A stretch of DNA of 64,000 bases, from assembly GCA_964434285.1 (NCBI GenBank), contig CAYSUJ010000003.1, positions 20,992 to 84,991 on the forward strand. Reading direction: 5' to 3'. How positions within the stretch are numbered: the stretch's first letter is position 1; every line of letters begins with the position of its first letter. Position numbers and translations under genes: made by a program. Below, in pieces: positions 9,292 to 18,482 of this stretch. Source of the stretch: an uncultured Candidatus Saccharibacteria bacterium (GTDB taxonomy: Bacteria > Patescibacteriota > Minisyncoccia > Phycocordibacterales > UBA2100). The notes under the pieces are model-generated. The model made no database searches, was not told the DNA's origin, and worked only from the letters and a program-made list of their open reading frames with translations.

Positions 9292-9903
9292 CTAGTACCA
9301 ACTCGTGAGCCACCCACGCATCATCTCAATTTCGCGTGCCTGCGAGGAAATGATGTTTTCTGCGAGCTGACGCATCTCATTGCGCCCAGAGTCGCGTATC
9401 ATCTGCGCCATCATGATCGCCATTTCGTGATGTGGAATCATTTGCTGCAAGAATTCGCGGTCGAATGCCTCGCCCGAGAGTTTTTCAAGCGCCGCGGTAT
9501 CGCCCGTCATGCCGCGCATATGCATCCCCATACCCCCCTCAGGCGGCGAGCCGCCGTACCACGCCTTGTACCACGAGCGCATTTCGTCAATTTCTGTCTG
9601 CTGAGCTGCGATAATCGCCTCTGCGAGCGAAAGAATCTCAGGCTTCTTCGATCGATCGAGTGCGAGTTTGGCCATTTCAATCGCTCCTTCGTGATGCGGA
9701 ATCATCTGGATGATGAAGTGCTGATCGGAAGCACCACGCATTTCCCCATCTCGCATCATTCCACCACCCGACATCATGTGCATCCCGCTTCGGGGGGCAC
9801 CGAGGCGGCTTGCCCCCAATGAATATCCGGCAATACCACCAATAAGCACACCAACAAGACCTACCACTAACACATTTGAGAGAACTGAATTTATTTTTTC
9901 CAT
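9292..9903 (-). CDS. DUF305 (CopM-like) Met/His-rich metal-binding protein
   Basis: Two D..F...MIPHHE.AI.MA repeats, N-terminal TM segment, Met-rich linkers. Confidence 0.92.
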   Translation of the reverse strand: MEKINSVLSNVLVVGLVGVLIGGIAGYSLGASRLGAPRSGMHMMSGGGMMRDGEMRGASDQHFIIQMIPHHEGAIEMAKLALDRSKKPEILSLAEAIIAAQQTEIDEMRSWYKAWYGGSPPEGGMGMHMRGMTGDTAALEKLSGEAFDREFLQQMIPHHEMAIMMAQMIRDSGRNEMRQLAENIISSQAREIEMMRGWLTSWY

Positions 9904-9929
9904 AGTGTTTTCGTTAACCTCAGTAATGG

Positions 9930-10283
9930 TTACGAAAACGCATATGGTTCTTTGCGATTAAGAATGCCGCGCGAGAACAATTCTTGAAAGAGCGTCGGGC
10001 GTGCTGGAATACGCCGCAAGCGCACGCGAGCCCGCTCGTGTGCGACAGGCAGAGGCCACGTGGTAAAAAACATCGCACACACCACCAAGAGCGAGAGGAA
10101 TGAGGCAAACATTGCCTGCCACATCGAAAAGTGCTCGACAATCGTGCTCTCGCAAATTACCGTTTGCGCACCCTGCAAGGGACACCCGACGTGATGTTCT
10201 GGGTGAGACAAAAGCATTGGCAAGCCAAATAACGCAACGAAGAGAAAGGCACCGAAAACCGCCGAAGCAATAATCGATTTCAC
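9930..10283 (-). CDS. Hypothetical membrane protein
   Basis: Two TM segments with HHVGCP...C...EH between them and an ELFSRGILN tail; start uncertain. Confidence 0.6.
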   Translation of the reverse strand: MKSIIASAVFGAFLFVALFGLPMLLSHPEHHVGCPLQGAQTVICESTIVEHFSMWQAMFASFLSLLVVCAMFFTTWPLPVAHERARVRLRRIPARPTLFQELFSRGILNRKEPYAFS

Positions 10284-10373
10284 CTTTACACTATACGCCC
10301 ACCACTCAAAAACGCCACTTGCCATCGTGGCAAGAGAGAGGGCATTGTTTCTTACCCAAGGCAATCGGCATGC

Positions 10374-11765
10374 CTAGTGCGTCATCTCATCCACGTACGG
10401 ATTTTCGGACGTTGCTCCGGTACTTGTCGCCGCCGATGTTGATGATGTCAGAGACATTATAAATTTGTCCGCCGGAGCGTAGATGTCCGGACGCGGGTCG
10501 CCTTCGACTTGAATGATGGCCCACGCGCCTTTGTTCATACGAGCGAGCGCATGATCGACAAGCACAAGATTGCCCGGTACTTCGGCTTTGAATTCGACAA
10601 TGGCTGCGCCGCCAGGAAGAACGGCCGTTGTCTGAATGTTTTTGAAGGTACCTCCGCCGATGCCGCCTTCCGGATAGACGGTATCGAATATTTCGCCAAT
10701 CGGATGGAACGAGGAAATGAGACCAACACCACCATTCCCCACGTAGATTCGCGCGGTCTCTCCTGCTTTCATTTTCATGCGCGGTGCACCATCACTCTCT
10801 ATTCGTCCGTTGAATGTGATGTAATTTGGCTCTTCATCCAGAAGCGCATCCCCATCAAAAATCGTGAGACCCTTCTTGCCGATAACACCTTTCGTGTAGA
10901 GCTCGCCTTGCACGACGTAAAATTCTTTATCAACCCGTGGCAGCCCTTCTTTCGGCTCCACGAGAATGAGGCCGTACTGCCCGTGCGAATTGTGCGTGCT
11001 CACATTCGGCGTCGCGCAGTGATAGATATAGAGGCCGGGGTTGAGTGCTTTCCAGGTAAAAACCTTTGTCTCGCCCGGATTTACTTTCGATAACGTAGCA
11101 CCGCCGCCCGGACCCGTGACCGCATGGAGATCAATATTGTGCGGATGCAAGCTCGACGGATGGTTTGTGAGCGATACCTCAACCGTGTCCCCTTCGCGCA
11201 CGCGGAGCATCGGCCCGGGCACTTGTTTATTGAAGGTCCAGTAGTTGAAGTAAATGCCAGGTGCAATTTCCGCTATCACCTCTTGCGCAACGAGTTCGAT
11301 TTTTACGTGTTCGCTCGTCGTGCGGGTAATCGGTGGCGGAACGTCATTCGGATCAGCGCCAATATCAGCGACATGCTCGAAATTTTTGAAGTTCTTGATA
11401 AAAAAGAGAACATTCTTGAACGGCAAATCTGGAAGAGCCCCGCCCGGGTGATACACATGCATGAAGGCAGGCATGGCAAAGTGTGGTGCATACGTCTTAT
11501 CCGCCCACATGTAGAGAATCCCGCCCGCTACGATAACGCCAAGCGTTACCGCGAGGGTTTTCGAGTGCATGCGATAGACGATGCGCAAGATGAAAAATGA
11601 AAAAGCAGCCACCGCAATCGTGATGCCAATCCCTTGCATCATCGAATAGTGGATGAATGGATAAAACGCGATCAGTGTGTCGAATCCAAAATACCAAACC
11701 GCAGCGAAAGCCACTACTGCGCCGAGCACGACAAGCGAAACAAGTGCCGTCAACCAATATACCAT
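10374..11765 (-). CDS. nirK: Copper-containing nitrite reductase with N-terminal membrane anchor
   Basis: WTFN..VPGPMLRVREGD, HNIDLHAV, YIYHCA, SSFHPIGE, LVDHAL motifs; about 3 TM helices at the N-terminus; start placed at MVYW (11765). Confidence 0.9.
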   Translation of the reverse strand: MVYWLTALVSLVVLGAVVAFAAVWYFGFDTLIAFYPFIHYSMMQGIGITIAVAAFSFFILRIVYRMHSKTLAVTLGVIVAGGILYMWADKTYAPHFAMPAFMHVYHPGGALPDLPFKNVLFFIKNFKNFEHVADIGADPNDVPPPITRTTSEHVKIELVAQEVIAEIAPGIYFNYWTFNKQVPGPMLRVREGDTVEVSLTNHPSSLHPHNIDLHAVTGPGGGATLSKVNPGETKVFTWKALNPGLYIYHCATPNVSTHNSHGQYGLILVEPKEGLPRVDKEFYVVQGELYTKGVIGKKGLTIFDGDALLDEEPNYITFNGRIESDGAPRMKMKAGETARIYVGNGGVGLISSFHPIGEIFDTVYPEGGIGGGTFKNIQTTAVLPGGAAIVEFKAEVPGNLVLVDHALARMNKGAWAIIQVEGDPRPDIYAPADKFIMSLTSSTSAATSTGATSENPYVDEMTH

Positions 11766-11785
11766 GCTACCCGTATCCCCATTTC

Positions 11786-11831
11786 CCATGTGCCATGTGC
11801 CATGTGCCATGTGCCATGTGCCATGTGCCAT
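11786..11831. repeat. Perfect heptamer tandem repeat (TGCCATG)x~6.5
   Basis: ccatg(tgccatg)5tgccat directly upstream of the nirK start. Confidence 0.95.
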
Positions 11832-11888
11832 TAATTATATACCCCGAAACATCAACCCACCTTGGACTCAGTGTCGTATAATGTCAAA

Positions 11889-12101
11889 ATGAACCTCCGC
11901 GAATGGTTACTCTATATCACCAATAATGAATCCATTTCTCGTCACGAGACGGAATTCGATATTGCGTTTTTCATCATTAACACCCTCGCGGTATTTGGAG
12001 GAAGCATCTACATTGGATATATCGGCGAGTGGCAATGGATTCCATTCCTCATCATTGAGTACGTCTGGTCAGTTGATACGATTCGTCACAATCGACCGTA
12101 G
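11889..12101 (+). CDS. Small hypothetical membrane protein (70 aa)
   Basis: MNLREW... with two hydrophobic segments, divergent from nirK. Confidence 0.65.
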   Translation: MNLREWLLYITNNESISRHETEFDIAFFIINTLAVFGGSIYIGYIGEWQWIPFLIIEYVWSVDTIRHNRP

Positions 12102-12103
12102 AG

Positions 12104-12673
12104 TTACGACCACATCGAGAGCAGAGCGTGGATATCAGACGCAAAATACGCAAGCGCGGTATTGAACATCACTGTTCCGATGCCGAGTGGCACTATCACG
12201 CGCCAGAGCGGATAGCGTAAAAGCCCCATCGGAATGGTCACGAGATCGCTGGAGAATGGCACACATGCACCATACAAGAAAAAGACAGCCGGCAATAGCC
12301 TCGGATGGTGTTCCTGCAGAGCCGCCAACCGCGTAAGTGCACGTTCTATTCGTGAAGATACGAGTGCTCGACCGAAATAACCAACGAAATAAGATGTGCA
12401 GTCGCCGAGCGACACTGCAATTGCCGTCGTTAAGCCAAGCGCGAGCGGGTTCAGACCGCCCGCCGCGAGCGCCATAAGCATCATATGGTACGGAATGCCG
12501 CTGAAGGTCGTAATCCCTCCCAAAAAAGCGAGTATAAATATGAAAACGTATGCATTCTCGACACCAATCAAACTTACCACCCGTTCCGCCGAAGAAAAAT
12601 AAAAAAGTGCCGATATCACGACAAGTGTGATGAGTGGCAACACGCCAAGTATCCGAGCGGAATACTTCTGCAT
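12104..12673 (-). CDS. DedA/VTT-domain membrane protein
   Basis: SLGDCTSYFVGYFGR and P.SSDLV.IPMGLLRYP motifs; start at MQKYS. Confidence 0.75.
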   Translation of the reverse strand: MQKYSARILGVLPLITLVVISALFYFSSAERVVSLIGVENAYVFIFILAFLGGITTFSGIPYHMMLMALAAGGLNPLALGLTTAIAVSLGDCTSYFVGYFGRALVSSRIERALTRLAALQEHHPRLLPAVFFLYGACVPFSSDLVTIPMGLLRYPLWRVIVPLGIGTVMFNTALAYFASDIHALLSMWS

Positions 12674-12678
12674 AGGTA

Positions 12679-13020
12679 TTAACGCGCCCGAGGCATTCCA
12701 GAATTCCAATCGCTGCCCCCGAGGACACGTATCAGTGTGGCCTGTACTGATCCATTACGCTCTCCCCCAAAAACCATGACTCTCTCGCCGACATGCAATT
12801 GCGTGATGTCTCGTTCTCGTGGTCGCACTTCAGTTGTTGACAGGATGTGCACCCGGTGCTCACCATCACGCACATCATGGATAGTGATCGTATCGTCGGC
12901 AACCTGAACAACCTCGCCAAAGTATTGATCACGTTGCCACCGCGCATACATGCTTGCAGACGCTCCAGTAGCAAGCAGAATCACTACAACCATTCCTGCG
13001 ACCCAGTAATAATGTCTCAT
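12679..13020 (-). CDS. Hypothetical secreted protein (DUF5666/OB-fold-like)
   Basis: Signal/TM segment, then G.V..V....ITI...L.VGERV.V.G...A..IRV pattern. Confidence 0.55.
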   Translation of the reverse strand: MRHYYWVAGMVVVILLATGASASMYARWQRDQYFGEVVQVADDTITIHDVRDGEHRVHILSTTEVRPRERDITQLHVGERVMVFGGERNGSVQATLIRVLGGSDWNSGMPRAR

Positions 13021-13228
13021 GATGTTCTTTTAAAAATTCTATCAGCGGCTGTGCGCCAATACAATGAATACGACACAACCGTACACGCATACGACTTGAG
13101 CGAGTGAAATTGTGTGAGAATCCCCGCAATGCTACTGGGCGCAAAGGTTTGACCAACGCCTCGCTCAAGGAGTATCCAGCCCATGCGCCTTATAATCAGG
13201 CGAAAATCGGCCACCCATGCAATGATGG

Positions 13229-14002
13229 TCACCTCCCGCCCCAGCCACGGCCACCTCCCCAACCCTCTCCGGGACCGCCTCCTCCACCAGTCTCGCGCCC
13301 TGAATTTATGATTCCAGCATATTCTTCCGCAGATACAAACTCGGGTGTATACGTTACTCCGCGTGCAGAGAGTTGCTCGGTAAAAGAGCGAAGGTGGTTG
13401 CGCGATCCACGCGAGAGATTGTCATAGACGAACACGATGTCTTCGTTATCAGTTCTCTCACTGCGCACGTTCAAATCATACAGATCAAGGTCTTCAACTC
13501 GAGCGCCTACGCGCAGCGCACTCTCAATAGACGCTTGCCCCTCGGAAGTCAAATCAGTGAATAATTTTTGAAGAGTCGGATCGACGAAAACACCAATAGT
13601 GTCGTCAGAAACCGGATCCGCTATGTTGTATTTCACAAGGAGCGTACGCACTGCTTCGGTGTGCGTTTGCTCACTCTGTGCAATATTCGAGAAGATGGGC
13701 AGATTCCATTTTTCATAGAGCGTTATGTACACATCGCGCGCAAGCTTCTCCTCTTCACGCATGTAGAGAAGATCTGCCTTCTCTGTTGTATCGATCTCTT
13801 CCGCCGGAAGCGCTGCAATACCGGGACGCGCAGAAAGGTAATCTGAAGGTTCGGGAGTGCCCGTAGCCTCCCGCCATCCCTGCATCCCCGGCCTCTCTGA
13901 CGGAATGGGCATGTCTCCTCCCCGCCAAGAGACTCCCGCAATGCCTCCAGCGAGCGCTGCGATGAGTCCGATAAGTCCCGCCCCGAATAAGCCGATATTC
14001 AT
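13229..14002 (-). CDS. DUF2202 ferritin-like domain protein
   Basis: LLYMREEEKLARDVY...FSNIAQSEQTH...GSRNHLRSF, Gly-rich tail. Confidence 0.9.
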   Translation of the reverse strand: MNIGLFGAGLIGLIAALAGGIAGVSWRGGDMPIPSERPGMQGWREATGTPEPSDYLSARPGIAALPAEEIDTTEKADLLYMREEEKLARDVYITLYEKWNLPIFSNIAQSEQTHTEAVRTLLVKYNIADPVSDDTIGVFVDPTLQKLFTDLTSEGQASIESALRVGARVEDLDLYDLNVRSERTDNEDIVFVYDNLSRGSRNHLRSFTEQLSARGVTYTPEFVSAEEYAGIINSGRETGGGGGPGEGWGGGRGWGGR

Positions 14003-14068
14003 ATGAATGGAGGTAATGTGATTAAAGTAGGTGTCGTATTACGTATCGACGAACAGGTTCGGAATCGC

Positions 14069-14413
14069 TTACATCGATGCGCCTTTTCTCTGTCGCCAGC
14101 CTGCAGCATAGAGAAGCCCGACGACACATGATGGTAACGAAATCGCCGCATACCAAGTCCACGGACGATCGAACCCTAGAAGCCACACGTACGCACCCGC
14201 GAATCCAATGAAGACGATCGCACCAATAAGAGGAAAGCGCCATGCGACCACTGTGAACACAAGCAGCGCGAACGAGGGCATAAGGTGGACGAGGAATCCA
14301 ATAATCATCATCCACTCAAGCGGGCCTTCGAAGACATCGAGTGCAAAGGTGGAAATGAATGCAACGAAGGCGAGCGAGAGGATACGTGGTGCCCAATGAA
14401 GAAAGTCGCCCAT
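14069..14413 (-). CDS. Small hypothetical membrane protein
   Basis: W.PRILSLAF..FIS.FALDVF motif, 4 TM segments. Confidence 0.75.
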   Translation of the reverse strand: MGDFLHWAPRILSLAFVAFISTFALDVFEGPLEWMMIIGFLVHLMPSFALLVFTVVAWRFPLIGAIVFIGFAGAYVWLLGFDRPWTWYAAISLPSCVVGLLYAAGWRQRKGASM

Positions 14414-14417
14414 AGCC

Positions 14418-14924
14418 TCACGAGCCCCATCTCACCAACTGTGCCTTTGTTATGTTTTTTCTCTGCGCACGACGCATAGCAGGCGTTGGTTTTGCCGCCT
14501 CGGGAACATTTTTGCGGGGGTGCGCTCGAAAAACATCACCTTTCATGTGATAAATATGACCCCTGATATTTTTGAGAACCGACCGAGCTTTCTTGTCCGT
14601 AATCATGAGATGCCCGTCTTTCACATGTGCATCATCTTTGGAAACAAGCCACGAGACCGTGTCCTAGCTGCCGCTCGACCGCTTACCGGCAAGACGCTCT
14701 AAGCCACCTTTCTCTCCAACATCTTGAACCCGGAATGTCACAAAATCGCTTTTGGGACGAACCTCGATCCGATAGAATTTGCCCTTGCCGGTCGTGCCCG
14801 GCCTTTTTCTCCCTCGACCCTGCGGCTGGGCGAGTGCATGCTGTCGGTATGTCATGCTCTTCCATCTCGCCTGTGCTCTGCGGACATTCTTTCTCGCAGC
14901 CGCTCGCTGTTTCTCTGTTGTCAT
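14418..14924 (-). pseudogene. Basic conserved hypothetical protein interrupted by an in-frame TAG
   Basis: ORFs 14664-14936 and 14418-14624 are in the same frame; the read-through is ...GKRSSGS*DTVSWLVSKDDAH... Confidence 0.75.
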
Positions 14925-15110
14925 ACGAGATCTCATAAATAGTTAATAATTATTTTTTCTGGATTTGCTGCCAAAGCCAGATACCTACAAGGACGAGATC
15001 AACCACGACGATGAGCCAGGTGATGAGTCCCACTCCTCCCCCCCCCATGCCATATCCGTACATCATATATATGTTTGAGAGTGAATAATGCCACGATACA
15101 TAACGATATC

Positions 15111-15296
15111 TCAGCCCTCCGAAGCAGGACGTGCTTGTGATTCGCGCCTCCTCGGCACCACCCGCACCTTCCGAGGCTTCTTTTTTGGCTTAATACCCCG
15201 ATTCTTAACGACACCCTCGAGCCGAGGTGGATAGGTCAATACCATCTCCTGCCGTACTTCGCGTTTATCTCCTTTTGTCGGACGCTGATTCTTCAT
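15111..15296 (-). CDS. Small basic hypothetical protein
   Basis: Starts 2 nt after the hsp20 stop; Lys/Arg-rich. Confidence 0.4.
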   Translation of the reverse strand: MKNQRPTKGDKREVRQEMVLTYPPRLEGVVKNRGIKPKKKPRKVRVVPRRRESQARPASEG

Positions 15297-15298
15297 AT

Positions 15299-15718
15299 CT
15301 ATTTCTTCGTAACCTCGACCTTAACTGCTTTCTTTTCCTGCCCCTTCACGATCGGCATCGCAACAGTGAGAAAACCGTCAGCATACTCGGCTCTCGCCTC
15401 ATCAGCATCAACAATCTTCGGGAGCGAAATGGTGCGCGAGAACGACCCGCGCCGGATCTCCTTTGAGTAATAGTCCTTTTTATCTGTCTCTGTTTCCTCG
15501 TTACGCTCTCCCGAGACGGTGAGCGTGTCTTTGTCAATGGAAATCTCAAGCTCTTCCGACTTCACTCCGGGAAGCGACATCTTTGCGATCACACTCTTCC
15601 CTTCCTCATACACATCGACCGCGAGATCCCAGCCCAATTTCGGAAACATGGATATATACGGACGATCCTCAAAAAATCGTTCCATATCACTAAAGGGTTC
15701 CCATTTAATAAGTGCCAT
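15299..15718 (-). CDS. Hsp20/alpha-crystallin small heat shock protein
   Basis: VDVYE...LPGV...LTVSGER...EIRRGSFSRTISLP...A.Y.DG.LTV; start at MALIKWEP. Confidence 0.95.
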   Translation of the reverse strand: MALIKWEPFSDMERFFEDRPYISMFPKLGWDLAVDVYEEGKSVIAKMSLPGVKSEELEISIDKDTLTVSGERNEETETDKKDYYSKEIRRGSFSRTISLPKIVDADEARAEYADGFLTVAMPIVKGQEKKAVKVEVTKK

Positions 15719-15931
15719 AGACGACGGTACTAGTTCCTGTAACGTCCGCTCTTCACTTGTGATAACTGCGGCTCGACCTTTTGTGTTTATTGTGCACGAC
15801 ATGAAATAAAAACCTATACATTGCGCACTGCGTATCATGCGGCGTGAAATAATACTGCATTCGCTCGATATTTTAATGCTCACACGACGACAAAAAAGGT
15901 GTCGTTAATGCGCGAGCAGCTCACGAGCATG

Positions 15932-16645
15932 TTAGATGCGTATCCCAGAGCCCCTTTTCTCTCCTGAAATTTCTTCAAGAAGCTGTATGTAGAATAATGC
16001 ACCATTGTGCCGCAGTGGAAAGATTGTGGTGCGAAGTTTAAATACACTTCCGTCCTTACGTTTATCGATAATCTCGTCGGATTGGAACATGGTCCCAGCA
16101 CCGAGGGCTCCCCACATCTTCGTGTAGACTTCCAGCGGCGTCGCGCCACTCTTTATCGTCCACGGTGTCTTGCCGCGCACCTCATCGAGCATGTAGCCGA
16201 ATTGTTTCTCCCATGCCGCGTTTACGTATTCGATTTCGATTTTCTCGTTCGCAATGAGGACGGGTTGCTGGGAGCTGTCGGCAAGAACATAAAAGGGATG
16301 TTTACCCTCCTGGGGTTTCGCTCGCTTACCACGACTCCTTGCACGAATGGCTGAAAGCGCCGGCAAGACTTGTAGCATTGCCTCTTCACGCCTGCGGAAA
16401 TTCGCGAGCAAGCGTTCTGGATTCTCGGCAACCCAATATTTATACCGACGCTGCACATAGAAATTCACGACACCTTCCCGGTGGAGGGTCTCAAGAATTG
16501 ATTGCACGCTCGTGCGGGGCAATTTCGTTTTTGTGGCGATATCAGAGGCGTGGGCTTCTCCCATCGAAAGTGCCGCAAGATAGACTTTTGCTTCACTTGC
16601 ACTATATCCGAGTAGCTCTATCGCTTTCTGTACCTGGGCGATCAT
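15932..16645 (-). CDS. TrmB-type HTH regulator fused to a PAS domain
   Basis: LG.S..EAKVYLAAL...PRTSV..IL..L N-terminus; IEYVN.AWE...GY...EVRGKTP..IKSG.TP...KRKDG C-terminus. Confidence 0.85.
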   Translation of the reverse strand: MIAQVQKAIELLGYSASEAKVYLAALSMGEAHASDIATKTKLPRTSVQSILETLHREGVVNFYVQRRYKYWVAENPERLLANFRRREEAMLQVLPALSAIRARSRGKRAKPQEGKHPFYVLADSSQQPVLIANEKIEIEYVNAAWEKQFGYMLDEVRGKTPWTIKSGATPLEVYTKMWGALGAGTMFQSDEIIDKRKDGSVFKLRTTIFPLRHNGALFYIQLLEEISGEKRGSGIRI

Positions 16646-16690
16646 GAACCCAGTATACGAAGCTGCGCTTTTTCATGCTACTCTTCTTTC

Positions 16691-17167
16691 ATGGATGAAT
16701 ATCCTGCGCGGACTGATGCTCTTGCGTTCCTGAAGCGAAATAAAACCGGCGTTATTGCGACTGCGGGACATGACAACGTGCCACACGCGAGCGCGGTGCA
16801 CTATCACGCTGATGACGATTTTAATGTCTACTTTCTGACATTGCCATCGAGCCGCAAATACAACGCGCTTACCGCCCACCCGCAGGTCGCCTTCACGGTC
16901 ATTCGCGAAGACGTCCCGCAAACCATTCAAATTGAAGGTATGGCGCAGGACATTACGCTGAGTAAGGAAATGCGAGAAAAAAAGGAAAAAGTGATGGAAG
17001 TGCTCAATGCGAATCCGTTTTTCTTTCCACCCATCGCCGAGCTCGATCCTGAGGAAATGGCAGTTATCTGGATAAAGCCAACCTGGATCCGCTGGGCTGA
17101 TTACGCATTCGCCGAACACGGTACCGACCACGTTTTTAGAGAAATACCAGTCGCGGGGCAAGAATGA
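16691..17167 (+). CDS. Pyridoxamine 5'-phosphate oxidase-like FMN-binding protein
   Basis: GVIAT...PHAS.V.Y...YFLT...SRKY..L...PQVA...QIEG.A pattern. Confidence 0.85.
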   Translation: MDEYPARTDALAFLKRNKTGVIATAGHDNVPHASAVHYHADDDFNVYFLTLPSSRKYNALTAHPQVAFTVIREDVPQTIQIEGMAQDITLSKEMREKKEKVMEVLNANPFFFPPIAELDPEEMAVIWIKPTWIRWADYAFAEHGTDHVFREIPVAGQE

Positions 17168-17326
17168 AAACGTTCAACTTTACAGAAAAGAGATTTCGCT
17201 TTGCGGGCCTTCAACAGTTAGAACCCCAAAGGCTAGTAAACATAAGGCTATTTTAGAGACTTTTTCGTTGAAGCTCCAACCCGTCCGCAGCAGGGGTGAT
17301 TTTTCTGAAAAGCGACAAATGCGACA

Positions 17327-17674
17327 CTACTCGGCCTTGCCGCCACGAGCCCAACTCTTGATTCGACCGGCCAACTCGTCTCCTCCTTCAGGATGATCAG
17401 CAACGAAATTCTCAGGCAGAACATGCGATTCATCGTCGATGACGATTCCAAAGGTCTGGTTGACGCCGTTGTAGTCAATCCCGAGAGGTGCCGCACCCTC
17501 TCCGTCGTCACAGGCCTCAGTGAACGTCTTGAGCAGGTGCGCGAAGAGATCTTCTTTATCCATGCTGCGAGAGAAGGAATCGAACCTTCGTCCCCCCATT
17601 TCAGGAAACTCTTTCGAGAAAAGTACCCTGAGAGTGGGGTGTCCTACCGTTAGACGATCCCGCAATACCGGCAT
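17327..17674 (-). CDS. Hypothetical protein
   Basis: 115-aa ORF, acidic globular composition. Confidence 0.45.
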   Translation of the reverse strand: MPVLRDRLTVGHPTLRVLFSKEFPEMGGRRFDSFSRSMDKEDLFAHLLKTFTEACDDGEGAAPLGIDYNGVNQTFGIVIDDESHVLPENFVADHPEGGDELAGRIKSWARGGKAE

Positions 17675-17768
17675 CTTACACTGACATGAGGCGCTCTACC
17701 AATGTCTCGCGCGGCACGGTTCAGCCGCTCGCTTGGTGCACCAAGGCATCAAGGATATACTGCCGGCC

Positions 17769-18197
17769 ATGAAAGGGTATCTGAAGGAAGCGGCCTCGTT
17801 CATCTCGGTCTTCTACAGGACTACGGCACTGGGGCCGGTACTCATCGCTGATACGCTTCTCTTCCTCTTATTCGGCCTGTCACTCGTCCCCGGCGTCCCG
17901 CCGTTCATGCAGATCACTATCACCGTCCTCTTCGCGGCAGCCATCATGGTGACCCTCTACCAGATCCTCTTCTTCACGCATAAAGACCCGAACCGTCTCG
18001 CCCTCCAAGAGCAAGTGCATCAGCGCTACCTCGTCGACAAGATATACGGCGACGAAAGCCATGATATGGCGCGAGCAACCCTCGCGGCCGCGATCTTCAA
18101 TCCGAAGCTCTCAATGACCCAGAGCGATGTCATCCCATTGCCCGAAGGGACAGAAAAACAGCCCGATGCGCCAGATGAGCCACCTCAACTTGTATGA
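17769..18197 (+). CDS. Hypothetical 2-TM membrane protein
   Basis: Two hydrophobic helices then a polar tail; ATGA overlap with the next gene. Confidence 0.65.
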   Translation: MKGYLKEAASFISVFYRTTALGPVLIADTLLFLLFGLSLVPGVPPFMQITITVLFAAAIMVTLYQILFFTHKDPNRLALQEQVHQRYLVDKIYGDESHDMARATLAAAIFNPKLSMTQSDVIPLPEGTEKQPDAPDEPPQLV

Positions 18198-18472
18198 AAA
18201 CGTACCTAATCGCAGCAAATACAAATAGTCCTTTTGATCCAGTAAAATTTCACAATTTTATTGTTGGTCTATATCCAAAGCATCTTTCTTCTTGGTGGCA
18301 CTATCTACCGGGTTCAATATTTTTAGTTCAAACAAATTTGCCACTAAATCAGTTAAACAGTTTAGTCTCACAACATATGGGTGGACTTCAATTTCTTATA
18401 ATTGAAGTTAATCCCGATCAGTCACAGGGTTGGCTACCAAAAGAGGCATGGAAATGGCTAGGAAGGGGTTAA
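18194..18472 (+). CDS. Small Cas2/VapD-like fold hypothetical protein
   Basis: M..YLI...WWHYL...FLV...FLIIEV...QGWLPKEAWKWL pattern, recalled from small mobile-element proteins. Confidence 0.6.
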   Translation: MKTYLIAANTNSPFDPVKFHNFIVGLYPKHLSSWWHYLPGSIFLVQTNLPLNQLNSLVSQHMGGLQFLIIEVNPDQSQGWLPKEAWKWLGRG

Positions 18473-18482
18473 AACTAACTTC

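Noticed and set aside
11766-11831. MAHGTWH repeat as the NirK N-terminus or a metal-binding tag
   Set aside because: It is the translation of a 7-nt DNA repeat; the TM segment starts at MVYW. Treated as non-coding, although an upstream start cannot be excluded.
13017-13262. 81-aa ORF between DUF2202 and the DUF5666-like gene
   Set aside because: It overlaps the DUF2202 end, has no recognisable motif or SD, and is possibly a remnant.
18194-18472. CRISPR-Cas locus
   Set aside because: No repeat-spacer array and no cas1 or effector genes anywhere in the window.
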